Assembly: GCF_964204865.1 (NCBI RefSeq)
Contig: NC_135256.1
Location: 13,268,001-13,332,000, forward strand
Length of the DNA stretch: 64,000 nt
Origin: Styela clava
Taxonomy: Eukaryota
Reading direction: 5' to 3'
Each line of letters begins with the position of its first letter. Position 1 is the first letter of the stretch. Both the position numbers and the translations under genes were made by a program. Below are positions 38,322 to 51,623 of this stretch, in pieces. The notes under the pieces were generated by a model. The model saw nothing but the letters and a program-made list of their open reading frames with translations, was not told where the DNA came from and did no database searches.

Positions 38322-41191
38322 TCACCATAATCCTTTTCCCCAGCTATGGTAAAGCAAGGTAACATGTCTTTTAAAGGGTTCTACAATCAAATATGCAAAG
38401 TTCTGTATATGATCACCACTTGATGGGTATAATATTGTCCCTTCCTCATCCTGTATTAAACAAAATGTTGATCAGCTTCTTTCAGGGGTTTTAATTTGGG
38501 GTGCGGGATAATGATTTGAGTTGTTCTCAGAATAATTCCAATCAAACTTATCATATCTTACTGAGACAAACTTTACCAGCCAATTTAACGCCAATCACAC
38601 TACATTGAACACATATTATTAATGTTTCTACCACTTTTATGTTGATGACCCAGACTTTTCATGCTAGCGATTGATGGGCATTTAAATATCAAGTGCTAGA
38701 TTTGAACCTTTTTGCTTACTTTTTGATAATGATGACATACATTTAAAAATATGCATTTTCTACTGAGATATAATAATTTCAAAAATATGCCATGCAGATA
38801 TTCAAGACCTAATTAGCTAATTGACAGATGATATACTAACCTTAGCTGTTATCTTGAAAACTTTTGATACAATTTTTATTTCATTTGTACTTGAATCTTT
38901 TTGTACACTAATTTGTAAAGAATAAAGCTACATCAATTCCTTTATTTCACACTGAAAAATTTCTGGGACAATAACAAGCATAGTTTGGGACAAGGACAGT
39001 CTGAATCCATGTTAGCAGGAGTCATCTGCATATAGTTTTGGTACGGGTAATAAATATTATGGTCACACTAATAATTCATCAGTGGTTTATATGGACTACA
39101 GACTTGTAAAGTGTTCTATTCAATTGAGTTAAATGTTCATTACAGTGTTCACTTTTGTTTATATCGTGATTTTGAAATCATATTGAATGTTTCCCCGACC
39201 TTTTGACCCCAAGAAATTAGCTTAAACTTATTTTAAGACTATTTTTGCGAGTTGGCATCACATGTCCAAACAATCATTTTGATTCCATATATACAACCAC
39301 CTGCCATTTTAGTCTAGTCCTACAAGGCTGCAGAACACATTTTCAGAAGGTGCTCGAGGAAATATTTAATATCTCCCTAATTTTTAAATTAGACAGATGA
39401 TCACACTGTAAGTGTATCTTCTCCCTACATCTACAAATATGTGAAAATGATAATAATTTACACAACAGACCTCACACAGTCTTTGTACAAGGATTTTGTG
39501 ACTTCATAATATGGTTCTATCATATCTTCATATTGACATATCGGTCCGCCAATGCAAATGTGAGAAAACATTCTAAATAAAAATTCTGATCTTTCTTCAT
39601 CAGAGTAACTTTCAAAATTGTCAGAATCTTCCAGTAGAAGCATCTGAAAATATAACAGTTCCTGTGAGAATAGTTTTCAGAAATGATTGTTAACTTTACA
39701 CCTTCAACTTCAGAATTTTGTTGATGCTTCAGCACATTTTTGTTATTGCCATCCATGAATAATGTTTTGATGGATACCATAAACTCTAGGTTGAAAACAA
39801 ACGTTGATTCCCCTCTAGCTCCAAGAAAATCTAATTTCAATAACAAAAATTTTGACCTTTTTTATCACTCAAAGAAGACCTAAAATTCTGAATCCTGAGA
39901 GCTTAAACATAAGACTAAGTGAAAATATATTCGACTTCATAGACATTTATTACAATTATGATGACAGGACTTTAGATTCAGCTAGTTAGTATTTTTATTC
40001 TGAGGAAAAAGAAACAAGCTTTCAAGATTTAGTTGTTTTAAACAATTAATTCTACATCATAGTATTCATTGAAGTGGACACGATGGCATAATAGTTAGTA
40101 AATGTTTGTATTTGAGGCTACTTGTTTCTATTTCTGGTTTATCAAGCATTTCTGAGTAAATTCGACTGGTAGCATGAAAATTCCAAGAGTTTAATCCATT
40201 CAAATACATAGCAGCCCATCCATTTTTGTTTAGATGATTGTGTGTGATAAAGAATCACTTAAAAGTCATGTTATTTAAGCCTAGTCTAATCAAAAATGCA
40301 AATTAATAAATTGTTTACTTTTCGAAGTTCATCAGAAATTGTTATTCCTTCATGAAATTCATCAAAACATTTTGATATGTGTCCACTTTCTCGTACAATG
40401 TTGTACTCCTTCAACCGATTAAAAAAATCCATGGACAGCTGGGTGCAAGGTACTTCTTCAACATCAACCGATGAGACTTTTGTTACTAGAGGAAAAAAAC
40501 TGGATGTTTAACTTTTGTACACAAGTATTGCTACTGAGTTACAATACATACCTAGTGGGCTCCAACTTCCAGATGTATTCATGCATTGAATGATTGATAG
40601 TACTTCGCTGTCATTCATGAAGTCCTGTTGGGAATACAATTTAGAAATGCAAAAGTATTAAAAATGAAGCAACAATCCTAAATATGCTTACCAGGCAAAA
40701 TTTGTCTTTAGCATAAGCTGGAAATTGTTTATCAAATGAAAAGGTCCATGCCCGGAGTCTATCCAGAAGATACCTGCATATATATATAATATCTTTTTTC
40801 ATATGTTAATAGATTGAAAAATAATGTATGTCTGTCTACTAACAGATGTTCAATGACAACCATAATAACAGTAACACATTATAATTTTACTGGATTTATA
40901 AGGAATCACTGGATCAAGGAAAACATGTTACAAGCCGGTTTTAATCTGCATTTATAATCCGATTCAGATCGTTGCTATTGGAACCTCTCTGAATGAACAA
41001 TATGATCGTGTATCTTGGCATTCAAACTATTGAAATACGGTTAGAAAGAGTAGTTTTTTAAGGTAGCGATACGGTAATATACGAATCGGTATTTCATACC
41101 ATTTCTCTAAATACACTTTAAAATCCTTGTTTAACAATGTGCTGAGCTTCTTTGAAATAACTTTGAACTTGTGGGAATGTTCTGACTCCAT
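38322..41191 (-). CDS. CFAP300: Cilia- and flagella-associated protein 300 (C11orf70); exons 41191-41100, 40773-40692, 40624-40552, 40485-40319, 39643-39471, 38907-38841, 38450-38322
   Basis: Spliced product contains VPCTQLSMDFFNRL, ISDELRKMLLLEDSD, EFLFRMFSHICIGGPICQYED and NFAYLIVEPFKRHV, which match C11orf70; phases are consistent. An alternative in-frame ATG lies at 41203. Confidence 0.92.
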
Positions 41192-41338
41192 GCCATTAAA
41201 CATTATCACGTAACTGCCCAAACAAAGAAGGTCGAAAGTTAGCTAACCTTCTTAGACAGGCGAGCGTCTCTAGTTTCCGTTTGAAAAATGTAGCAACCAG
41301 CGTACTCCGCGCGAGGCGATCACGAGCTACAATTGTAC

Positions 41339-41360
41339 CAGAGCCATTATATAAGCTCTG
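41339..41360. mobile_element. 22-bp near-palindrome with 7-bp flanking duplication
   Basis: ATTGTAC-[CAGAGCCATTATATAAGCTCTG]-ATTGTAC. Confidence 0.75.
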
Positions 41361-41455
41361 ATTGTACCATGGGCTCAGTGGCGGTGATACCAGGACCAGA
41401 CATGAAAATGGGGTAACTAACAAAACAACTTATCAGGGCAGATCGTCACAATTTC

Positions 41456-41479
41456 CAGAGCCATTATATAATGGCTCTG
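41456..41479. mobile_element. Perfect 24-bp palindrome with 7-bp flanking duplication
   Basis: CAATTTC-[CAGAGCCATTATATAATGGCTCTG]-CAATTTC. Confidence 0.8.
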
Positions 41480-43801
41480 CAATTTCCGCTGCCATAACGA
41501 CTAACATACCTGTATTTTGCACGGGTTTGCACATTTTTCTGCGAAAAGGATCGCATAAATCAGAGTTTCGCGACCGGGGAGGAATTTTGTTGTTTCCGGG
41601 GAGGAAATTTAGCGGTCATGCGACGAGAAAACAGAAATATTACTTTCTAATAGACGTATTTTTACAAACATTGTTTATTTATTTTTAAAATTATTGTGAC
41701 ACATATATTTGATCACACAATGGTATTCAAAAGGCGGAGTACGAGTGCGCCAAACGCTAGCTACAGATTTTTGAAAAATTACACAAATGACTGATCGATT
41801 TTATGCATGCACCTTTCCCTGAGCATCGACTTCCTTGTTTACTTCGTGACATTGGCCAATCAGCAAGATGCAAAAAGTGACGTAACAATGCTCCGATTTC
41901 GCATCCGCTCAGACACTTTTCTCACTCAGACAGATTTTCAGGCGTGGTCGTAAACATTACCTCGTTTTCGCGTTTTTGAACTCTATCCGTTAGCTTTCAG
42001 TTTTGGAAATTCAAATATAAATCAGATAATTCAATGATCACTCTGTCTTCTTAGGAGTTTTAATTTAATTGCAGTAATAAAAAATTAGTGAAGAAATAGC
42101 TGTGATAGACTAGGCTAAAATTCTTTACTGATATTTTCAAAAAACAGATTGTTGTATACAATGAATCATAATGATGGTTTGAAACAAATAGTCCATTTTA
42201 CAGGCCTCAATTCCCGAAACCACTCTTAAAATAAGCCCCGAAAGTTTGCAATGGTTAAGTATAGAAAGAATTTTTCGGGAGTCAAAGGTCCCAAAGACGA
42301 AGAAAAAGTTTTAAAATCGCCAAAAAGAATTGGAATATATTAAAATAAAAAGGTAGGGGACCGTTGGCATGAATCGTCGTCATGATGGGTGGTATTCATG
42401 ACCTGTGGACGTGGTAATTCACGACTCCTTCACTTGAACCAACGCTTTGGGAACAACTGACTGCTCCACTTAACTAATACTAGATCAGTTCGTGAATTGC
42501 CATATTGTTATTCAGTAATACCAGTTTTCCCAACTGCCAGGGTTGCCATATCGTGCTTATTTCTAAGATTTGTGCTTATTTTCTAGCCAGCGTCTTATAA
42601 AGTAACGGTGTTCTTATTTTTGAATTGGGTAATTATTTAGTCTTAGAAACAGTGATGACTTGTCAAAAGGGCAAGAGTTATGTTCACCCACAATACTACA
42701 ACAAAACACAAGAATTTTGCAAGAAGCATTGCGTGAAACCTGAGTTTGTAGACTTTAGAGATAGCGTGTGGCTGTGACTATGGTTGGGATTAAGGGACAG
42801 GTTTTTGAAATCCCAAGATCGGGATATCCAGGGATTGAGACGTATAAGCCTGGGATTTTCCGGGATTAAGTGAAAAATTGAAACAACTTGCATGACAATA
42901 AAATCACGTATTTGTTTCATGTAATACCGACGCAGAAATATTAGAGCATCTAGGGCAGTGGTTCCCAACCTTTTTTTATATATCGTGGCACACTATTTAG
43001 CTTTTAAATAGTCGCGGCACACAAAACATGAACATTTTCTACCCATAAAGAGTGCAATAGTCGAACGTGAACGAACAAATGGGTAATAGTTCCCAATATT
43101 AGAACTGTTTTCTTACAGTTGCTTCGGAGCACCTCACATTATTGTAAAAGTTGCGCGGTCGCACGGGTGATACGTGGTCTTTAAACGCACCGCTGATCAC
43201 GCGCTTCGATCCACGCTCCCCCATGTTATTATCACATGTATTCTCATTTTTTCATAACCTAATTCATTTTTGTTCAAATTAAATATGTTTCTCCCATTGC
43301 CAAAATCGATCAATAGTGTTATTGTCGGCATTTGCGAGAGAGGTGAAAGCGGCAAACAAACCGTATTTCATTACAACAATTAATTATTATCGCTAAAAAC
43401 GCTAAATAGTTTTAAAGTAGTTATAAATAATTTTCACAGAGAGAGTCATTTAACATTCGTCAGCCAGAAAAACAAGCATTGCAACAATATTAGAAACATA
43501 CAACTTCAACCGCAAAGCTATTCGGTATAGACTGGGAGGAGCGATACGACCATACATACACACGGTCATCAGAGTCAGCACCCTCCATCACATCTTTTCG
43601 TATCTTTTCACGTTATAAATTTCGTGCAAGACCCGAGCATAATTTGATGGCAAAAAACGGGAACGCTAATGTCGAAAACTGCGATGGAAACTACGTTTTT
43701 CATCAACATTTGTCAGCTTTCCCGAATGGAAAACAACACTTTTTCTTTTCATCAGTTGTACATCGGAAGGGAATTGAGTGGAAATTACATGTTTGCATAA
43801 T

Positions 43802-44601
43802 TCGTCACGCTAATACCCGAATTGCGTAAGTCATTTTTAGCAATTTTGAGAAAAACGTAAAAAACTTCCTAATGATATTGTTATGCCATTGATTGCCATG
43901 GTTCAATTTTTTGATCGTAGCCGGATTTAAGTTAATTTGTATGACGCAGTTATGTGACACGATAATGGCGCACTGTGACTTCGGCAGAAATGTGGGTATG
44001 ACTTGGGGACATACGCAATTTTGCAACTTGACTATATGCACCAGTCCTGAAAACTAAACATTCCAAAAACAAATGTAATTCTCAGTATCTACGATGTCTA
44101 ATCCCCAAAATAGCTAATCTGTTTCAATTACATTATTTTTTATGTTTAAAAAAATATATTTCATCAATATAACACGCTCTGCACACCCACCGAAATAAGA
44201 CTAAGATTGAATATAAAGATTAAAACAGCAATGCACTCAATATAAAAGCCAACCATGGCGAATTGGACTCGGACAGTAAATATCACAAAGGCACGATCAC
44301 AAAGCAAATTTATAAGCGCTAAGCTAGAATCTAAGATGCAAACACCTAAAAATATTTCGCCGACGTTATTTTGCCTTTGTGACGTCACAATAGTCCTGCG
44401 GTAACAATGAAAATTCATTATGACGAAACAATTGCACAAATGTGCATGTCATACGAAATCTCCATTTTTATGGGTTTCGGAATTCTTAAAATAAAATCTG
44501 AGTTAACAGACAGATGCGCAGCATTACATAAATACCTATTTTATGAAAAAAACTTGAAATCGCCAAAAATGACTTACGCAATTCGGTTATCAGCCTGACG
44601 A
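43802..44601. mobile_element. Non-autonomous TIR element
   Basis: ~36-bp imperfect TIR TCGTCACGCTAATACCCGAATTGCGTAAGTCATTTT / AAAATGACTTACGCAATTCGGTTATCAGCCTGACGA; no clear TSD. Confidence 0.75.
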
Positions 44602-47190
44602 TATGGAGATGAACAAGTAAAAAGCATATAGACAGTGTTGAATTTCGTTTATTAATTGTCATAAGAACATAAAATTTTTCTATGATGGCTTCTGAAAAAA
44701 TTAATAATATACAATTTTCAATTCTCAGTAATCTTCGGACCCAAACTAAATTTAGGAAAAATGTTCAGATATCATTATATTGCCAAGCATTAATTTTCAT
44801 CAGCAAATAGCTGTTATTTTTATGCAAACGCATATTAAATCGATATCGATTATATTTTTCAAGTTCTAGAACGGAATAACTATCAATTAAATGAAATTTA
44901 TATCAATTCCTATGAAGCGTTGATATACCTTTCCCCCGACTTGGCCGTATCTGAACATACAGCTGTTTCCATCAAAGTTAGACTGTTGTCTATATTCTAT
45001 AACGACAAGTCGTGCATAAATGTATTCATGCTGTATCCTTCCTTGATAACCATTTCTGTTCAATTTAAATAAACGTGCTATGTTTTACTATTATGCTGAT
45101 TACCTTCAAAATTGTACGGCAATAAAGCAATAACAAAAGAGCATTGTGTGATATATTATTTGCATTCTAGCTATAGGAAAATGTTTATTTCGGCCAAGCA
45201 CTATTTTACTAAAACCGATTAGGTGATATAATCCAACAAACATATATATATATATATATATATCAGAGGGTTCCAAGTAGGTCACTGTATTAGATGTATG
45301 CATACATGAATGTTTGTTTTTATCAAATTTAATTTTGTAATGCAGGATTATGATCTGAAACTTTAGTCAAGATGGTGTATTTTCATATTCCGTTTAATTT
45401 AAGAGTTCCCTGTACGTAATTGGAAACAAAGTGAACTTAAGGATCGTTTTGCGAAATTCCTATTGTTGTTATTGGTCTTGTTGTTTTAGCAATTATATTT
45501 TCGTCTTGTATCGGGTGTGTTGCTTACGTCATCGTAACTCAGTGATTAGATTAGTTAATTTGTCATGACTGGTCTAACTCCACATTTATTGAAACCCCGG
45601 TGCTCAGTGTTTCAAAAAGAAGCCAATTGTCAAATATATGGACGTGAAAATCGAATGAGTATGCGTCGAATCGATTCTGCGCCAAACCAGCAACATTGGT
45701 ACCACCAAGTGCTGAAAACATCGCTGAACAAGTCCGACAAAATGCCACGTAATATCATAGTAATACGCACCTGAATCTCATCGGGTTGAGCGTAAAGTTG
45801 AAAATGAAATTGTATTACCATCCTAGCGTCTTCTTCTTTACTTCAAGTACTAGGAATCTACAATTGATAGGCTGTGGGAAGAAACAATTTTCCACAACAA
45901 CGATTACACCAGGCAACCAACAAGACCAAGTGGTTTATGATTCATGCATCCATATCAGTCGTAGGCCCCGGAGCGCCTTCATAATAATTCATTCTTACCT
46001 AATTAATACCGATTATTAGAGATATATACAAGAAAACACTGCTTTTATTCAATTGTTTTGTATGTCAGGGATCATAGACCTAAATAGAAACGGCAAATAA
46101 AACTGGGCCTTATGGTTTATTTTAGATTTATTGATGGAAATGACAGTTGTCCCTTTATTGCTGAAACTCAAATTATATCGCTATTGTACACGCAGCTAGA
46201 ATGTAAATAAAATATAAAAACAATGCTCTTTTGTTATTGCTTTATTGCCGTACAATTCTACAAACAAAGATTATTAACAAAATAAAAATGAAATGTATAT
46301 TTAAATTGAATAGAATAGGACTCAGGGTGGTCCAAACCCAGGCCCGCGGGGCACATGTGGCCCGCCGCTTCATTATCTGTGGCCCGCGTCACATTCGGAG
46401 AGTAATCAAAAAATCGCATTCCGTGTTGTTTCGTAATAAAATTAATCAGAAAAATCTTTTGATTGCAAAATCTATTGTTACATCACTAATGTCACTGCAT
46501 TGACTAGTGTTATGGCCAGCTGAGGCCACCAGCGAAGTTGAATGATGTGCTTGGCAGTCTAAATTATTATCTGGCTTTCCAATTTTTTGGTCGGGAATAT
46601 AGGCTAACAAAATAGGCATCATAGAAAACTAAAAATCGAACGCGGATTCTATTAGCCTTGGATGGCTATCTCTGATAACTATGTGTTTGCATAATAAAAG
46701 TGTTTGTTTTGTATTGCACTGGTTACCTATTCTTGGCACCATTGTGGCCCGCGAACAATGCAAAAATAAATTTGTGGCCCGCGGAGCCCACAACCTCGGA
46801 CCACCCTGGCATAGGTTATCAAGGAAAGATCAGTAGAATACATTTATATTACGAACTATGGCTTGTCGTTATAGACAACGGCCTGACTTTGAAGGAAACA
46901 GCTGTCTGTTCAGATAGAACCAAGTCGATAAGAAAAGTATATAAACGCTCAATATAAATTGATATACATTTCATTTAATTGATAGTTATTTCGTTCTTGA
47001 GCTTGAAAAAAACGCTAGACAATTTATTGATTTCAAAACATTTTCCCTAAGAATAATAATTGGGTCCAAAGATTCCAGAAGAATTGGAAATTGTAGATAT
47101 CTTTCAGATAACTCATAGAAAGAAAGGTTTATGTTCTTAAAAAAATTAATTCAACATTGCCTATGAGCTTTTTACTTTTCCATATTCGAA
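44602..47190. repeat. Diverged inverted duplication: arms ~44602-45175 and ~46190-47190 (right arm interrupted by MITE 46323-46808)
   Basis: Collinear reverse-complement blocks, e.g. GTACGGCAATAAAGCAATAACAAAAGAGCATTG (~45115) vs ~46221, and GAATAACTATCAATTAAATGAAAT (~44874) vs ~46968. Confidence 0.85.
46323..46808. mobile_element. hAT MITE, same family as 33528-34492
   Basis: TIR CAGGGTGGTCC...GGACCACCCTG; internal homology to the 33528 copy. Confidence 0.85.
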
Positions 47191-47230
47191 TCCCTCCATT
47201 CATCTTCATGTCCAAACGTGTAATTTCTAC

Positions 47231-48139
47231 TCAATTCACTTCAGATGTAAAACTGATGAAAGGGAAAAGTGTAGTTCTCCACTCGGGAAAGCTGATAAGA
47301 ATCATCAAAATGTTGATGAAAAACGTAGTTTCCATCGCACTTTTTGCAATAAGCGTTCCCGCAACGACAACTAAAACATAAGCAGCAGTATCGCTGACAC
47401 AACATACCAGAGTGGTTATGAAGGCTCTCTGTAGCATAGGTGTCAAATTGTCAGCTGCTCTACCAATGTTTTTTTGATGCTGACGTAGCGGATGGAGGAA
47501 AAGTCCCAGAATCATAATTTGCATTGCAATGGATGACAAACCCATTATAAACATTGGTATCTGTATTGGGATACTCAACTTGACTACCTCGCATCCTGTT
47601 TGAGTAACCTTGGCTGAACAGGTGAGAGCGACGATTAATCTACTCAAAGGGGGAACAACTACAGCTAGAAAGAATACAACTATACTCAATATGCGAGTAG
47701 CATAATTAATTGAATGTTGCATGGCAGGAATGCTGTGGATTATTCGATGTCTAATTCAAAACGTCAAATAGGTGAAAGTTACACCACCCGCTTCGAACAT
47801 GATTTTCCACTTTTTTTGAAAATTGCAAAATTCCGGGTAGTACAGATCGACCAAAATTTTTCCAAGCCAGCCAGCCAGATAATGAATGTTGCAAATAGCG
47901 ACGAATAAAAAACGTGATATTTTAATCCATTTTTTCATTTTTTTACCGACACTTTCGGTAGCGCTGCTCGGTTCATCTCCGTCTTTGCACATATCAATTA
48001 TTAGCATTACCGTAATGTAGGTCGTAGCGACGAAATATCCAACCGAAAGGCAAACTGATGAAGTCCAAATTGCCAAGGTATATTCCTTTAACACCAAACC
48101 TTCATATTCTATTTCCGAGATATTTGTTGAAAAATTCAT
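47231..48139 (-). pseudogene. Intronless orphan multi-pass (7TM/GPCR-like) gene with one in-frame TGA at 47758-47756
   Basis: ORFs 47756..48145 and 47231..47722 are in the same frame (303 codons from ATG 48139); N-terminal NxS sequons (MNFSTNIS); about 7 hydrophobic segments; Cys before TM3 and in ECL2. Confidence 0.75.
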
Positions 48140-49321
48140 TCCCAAGTCTTAGAAATAGAACTGCAATTATGTCTACTTTCCGTTGGGCGAATACTGAATA
48201 TTTTCTATTGACTATTATATATATATCGTGTTGAGAATCAATTGAATTGCATTTTGATCATGGGTTTCGTATTGAAGTTTGTCTTTGTTATACATATTTT
48301 TCTGCCAAGATAAGAGTAACAAAAGAAAATAATAGGATTTAATATAATATTGACTGCAATCAATATGTTGACGTATGTGATTTTCATATGTTGGGCTAGC
48401 TTCGGTCGCAGTGGTATGCAATTTTCAAATGAAATCTCAAAATAATACTTCACATAAATCGTTACCTTCTAATTTCAATTCGTTCATTCGTTCTTATGTG
48501 GGCTCAAATCATTGATCTGCCGCATGTTCATAATTTAATTTTAAGAGTCATATTTGAATTTTACGTCGCATTTTCATATCACCAATTCGGGATAGGATAA
48601 ACATTTTTATCTCCGGGGAAAGAAAAAAGTTACAGCGGCTTAATCACATGGTGAACCATTGCCATGCCATACCATGATTAGTTAGCCAATTATTTGTTTC
48701 ATATACATGGACTTGATGATGGAGGAAGATCATCAGTGGTTCTTAACCTTTATGAGCCTGCCAAACCCCTACGCTATTCCGCAAGCTCCTGTCGAACCCC
48801 AAATTTTTGAACTAAGAGCGCAACCTAAACTTGTTAAGGATAAGCTCTTTTTGTACAAATTTATAGAAAATTCGACCGCCTTCAATTGATAGAATATGAA
48901 ATCGTTGCCTTTGATTGTTTTTTTTTCGGGTTAAATTTGAAGGACATGCTTTGTGAAAAGAGTATCAACCCTTGGTTTCGCCATTGGTTGTGGCAGAATA
49001 AATTGCAGTAAACTTTACTTATTCATTAGATTTATAAATGACACTTCTGCTGCTGTTTTTCGGTGCCCAACTGTGAGATACGGGGCTTCGCTTCAAAAAG
49101 AACAATACTCATTATCATTTTCGCATTGGAGTCACTTTCAGTTGAGCAGGTAAAGCCATACTGCACATAGTCATCAGACCAAGTTCTTTTCTTGGATAAC
49201 ATATTTTACGAAAAATATTCCTCGGAATTACAAAGACTTTTTGTAGAAAGAATCGTTGAACCACTCTGAAAATGCAATCTTAGACACCAATACGCCGTGT
49301 CGAAATGAACATTGTTAGAAA

Positions 49322-49726
49322 GAGCTGGGTTGGGCATTTTCGATTACCTGAATATTTCAAAATCGAATATTTGTTTCGAATCGAATCTCGAATACTTGGG
49401 AGTCAATGGGAGATATGTAATTGTATGCGATTTTTTTTTCTGTAATTGGTCAACAAATGAATTACTGAAAACATAGAATACATCATTAAGGCCAATTGCA
49501 CAGCGTTCACACACAAATTGAAACGCTTATTTATCAATAACTCACTACAGAAAATAGTCATATGTCAGAATGGCATTGAAAAAATATGGCTAGAATAAAA
49601 AAATGGGTATTTCACCTCTAGCATTGGCGGATAGTAATAATCAAGATGACGGAAATTCGAAATTTTGCTCTGAACTAATTCGAATAATTTATTATTCGAG
49701 TATTCGATTCGAAGAGCCCGGCCCTA
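49322..49726. mobile_element. Degenerate hAT-type MITE with subterminal TCGAAT repeats
   Basis: GGGTTGGGC...GCCCGGCCCTA ends; clusters of TCGAAT/ATTCGA at both ends. Confidence 0.6.
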
Positions 49727-51201
49727 CTCCTTGGCAAAAAGTTTTTATGTTGTTATAAAAGTTGTGCCAATGGAAAGGGAAAAACGGCGAAAGCAAAATG
49801 GCAACATTGGTGATCCAGAATTTGAGATACTGTATCGAAAACAATAGTGGCTCAAGCGTAAATATATACTACTACGGCTCAAGTCATACAGTAGGCCTAT
49901 ATATTTACGGTCATACACATCATATATTTCAACCTGCCGTCGGATGGATATAAAAGCATTTACCTATTGTTTCACAGAAAGAGAGAAACGATATGTAAAA
50001 GCGGGTAAGCGCTATATTAAGGTCGTTGACGAGTGATGATATTTTTGCTCAAAGTTCCGCCATGAAATATTCTGTTCTGGAAATTCTATATATCTTTCAG
50101 TGAAATTCAAACGTGCCCTCATTTGTCATTCATTTATGTGCACTTATTATATATATTCAACTTGTCCATAAAATTGAGCTACGTTTTATTAGTAGGTGAA
50201 AATAACATGTCTTTCACGCATATATTCTGGTGGCGATTCCGGATTTATGAAAAAATCGGGAGTGCGGAAGAGACTCGTGCATGAACTTTTTCTTATGTTC
50301 ATTCTGCGTTTCTTCCGCTGTTAAGTACCCCTCGCAAAATATTCTTTTAACAATCGTGCTTTTTTTTAGCTCTAGGTAGATGGTAACCCTGATAGTCATT
50401 CCTTTATTTTCTATCCTATAATCATTTCATCGGTGCGTCCGTGATTATGTGAACGATGACGTTTTTCTTTTCTAATTCAAAACACGAAAATTACACCTCA
50501 GATGGGCTTTCCTCCACTTCCGGGCGACGTCACACATTGCATATGGTACCTTCAATCACAAGTTTTCATCAACTATACCGTATTTATCATTCTTGGCCGT
50601 ATCGTTCCCTCTAGTTTTTACCAAAAACGTTGTTGTTTTTTGTATGTATACTTCCATTTACTTGTTTTTGGTTGACAAATTTTATCTAATGTGTACTATG
50701 ACTAGTTGCTGCGGAAAACGCAACCCTGCTCATACATACATTCTGTTCTTACAAGCTTGCATATGAGACATCAATTCAACGCCATACTGAAGTGTGAACT
50801 TTATTGCACAACTGACTTTAAACAAGAAATGAACTTGAAAACTATCACAGACAAGTATATTTGTATAAAAAGCCTATTATAAATGTCAAGTTAGTTGAAT
50901 AGTATGGAAACTATTCATCAGGAAAAGTCATTTAATCCTTGTCAATTTTCAACAAATTAGTACCAGTAATGGAAAATTGCATGAAAAATCAGTATTGCCA
51001 AATAGCTCAGTTATTGAAAAGTTAATTATTATTCTTGAAGGAATGAAGATTGGAGCAAATGCTTATTAATAAGAAAATGTCCTAGTAAACCCAAACTTAT
51101 CTGAATAGATTTTAAGGAAATAATATAACAATATGAAAGAACAAAAATATATCTGTGACCATGACAATAACTGCAACATTCAGATATTCATTATTAGGTT
51201 T

Positions 51202-51564
51202 TCATCTGAAATCATCCGCACTGAACATTCCTTTCGCTCGCCTCAATATAGAGTCTTTTGATGGATCGTATGGTGAATCCTTAGATGGAATTTCAAGAAT
51301 TGTTGGTATGGGTTCATCATGAGCATCTATAATGTACCGTACAACTTCAGCAATTGTTTGGCTAATGAGTACAATTGCAATGTCTCGGCGGCTGAGGAAT
51401 GTCTTCATCTGGTCTTCAATTTCAGAACTGGGAGTATCTTTATCTACAACCATAAAATTTGGTTGTCTTGTTTTGTTGAGTTCACCAATTCCACCAAGGA
51501 GAAATCCTGTGCATGTGTCTTCATCTGCAATCACTGCAAGTAACTTCCCTTTAGCCGCTGCCAT
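51202..51564 (-). CDS. ATP6V1F: V-type proton ATPase subunit F (120 aa, single coding exon)
   Basis: [22 protein letters not shown]...[30 protein letters not shown], highly similar to metazoan ATP6V1F. Confidence 0.97.
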   Translation of the reverse strand: MAAAKGKLLAVIADEDTCTGFLLGGIGELNKTRQPNFMVVDKDTPSSEIEDQMKTFLSRRDIAIVLISQTIAEVVRYIIDAHDEPIPTILEIPSKDSPYDPSKDSILRRAKGMFSADDFR

Positions 51565-51596
51565 GATTACTTTTATTTAACCGTATTATCAATAAT

Positions 51597-51623
51597 CTGT
51601 AAACATAAAGCAATAGTTTTATT
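51597..51623 (-). promoter_or_regulatory. Poly(A) signal directly followed by a splice acceptor (putative operon boundary)
   Basis: Minus strand reads AATAAA(51623-51618)-actattgctttatgtttacAG(51598-51597), then 32 nt to the ATP6V1F ATG. Confidence 0.6.

Noticed and set aside
45565-45774. 69-aa ORF in the spacer of the inverted duplication
   Set aside because: No recognisable motif or splice support.
47756-47758. Selenocysteine TGA
   Set aside because: Context suggests Trp rather than Cys, and no SECIS-like structure was recognised downstream.
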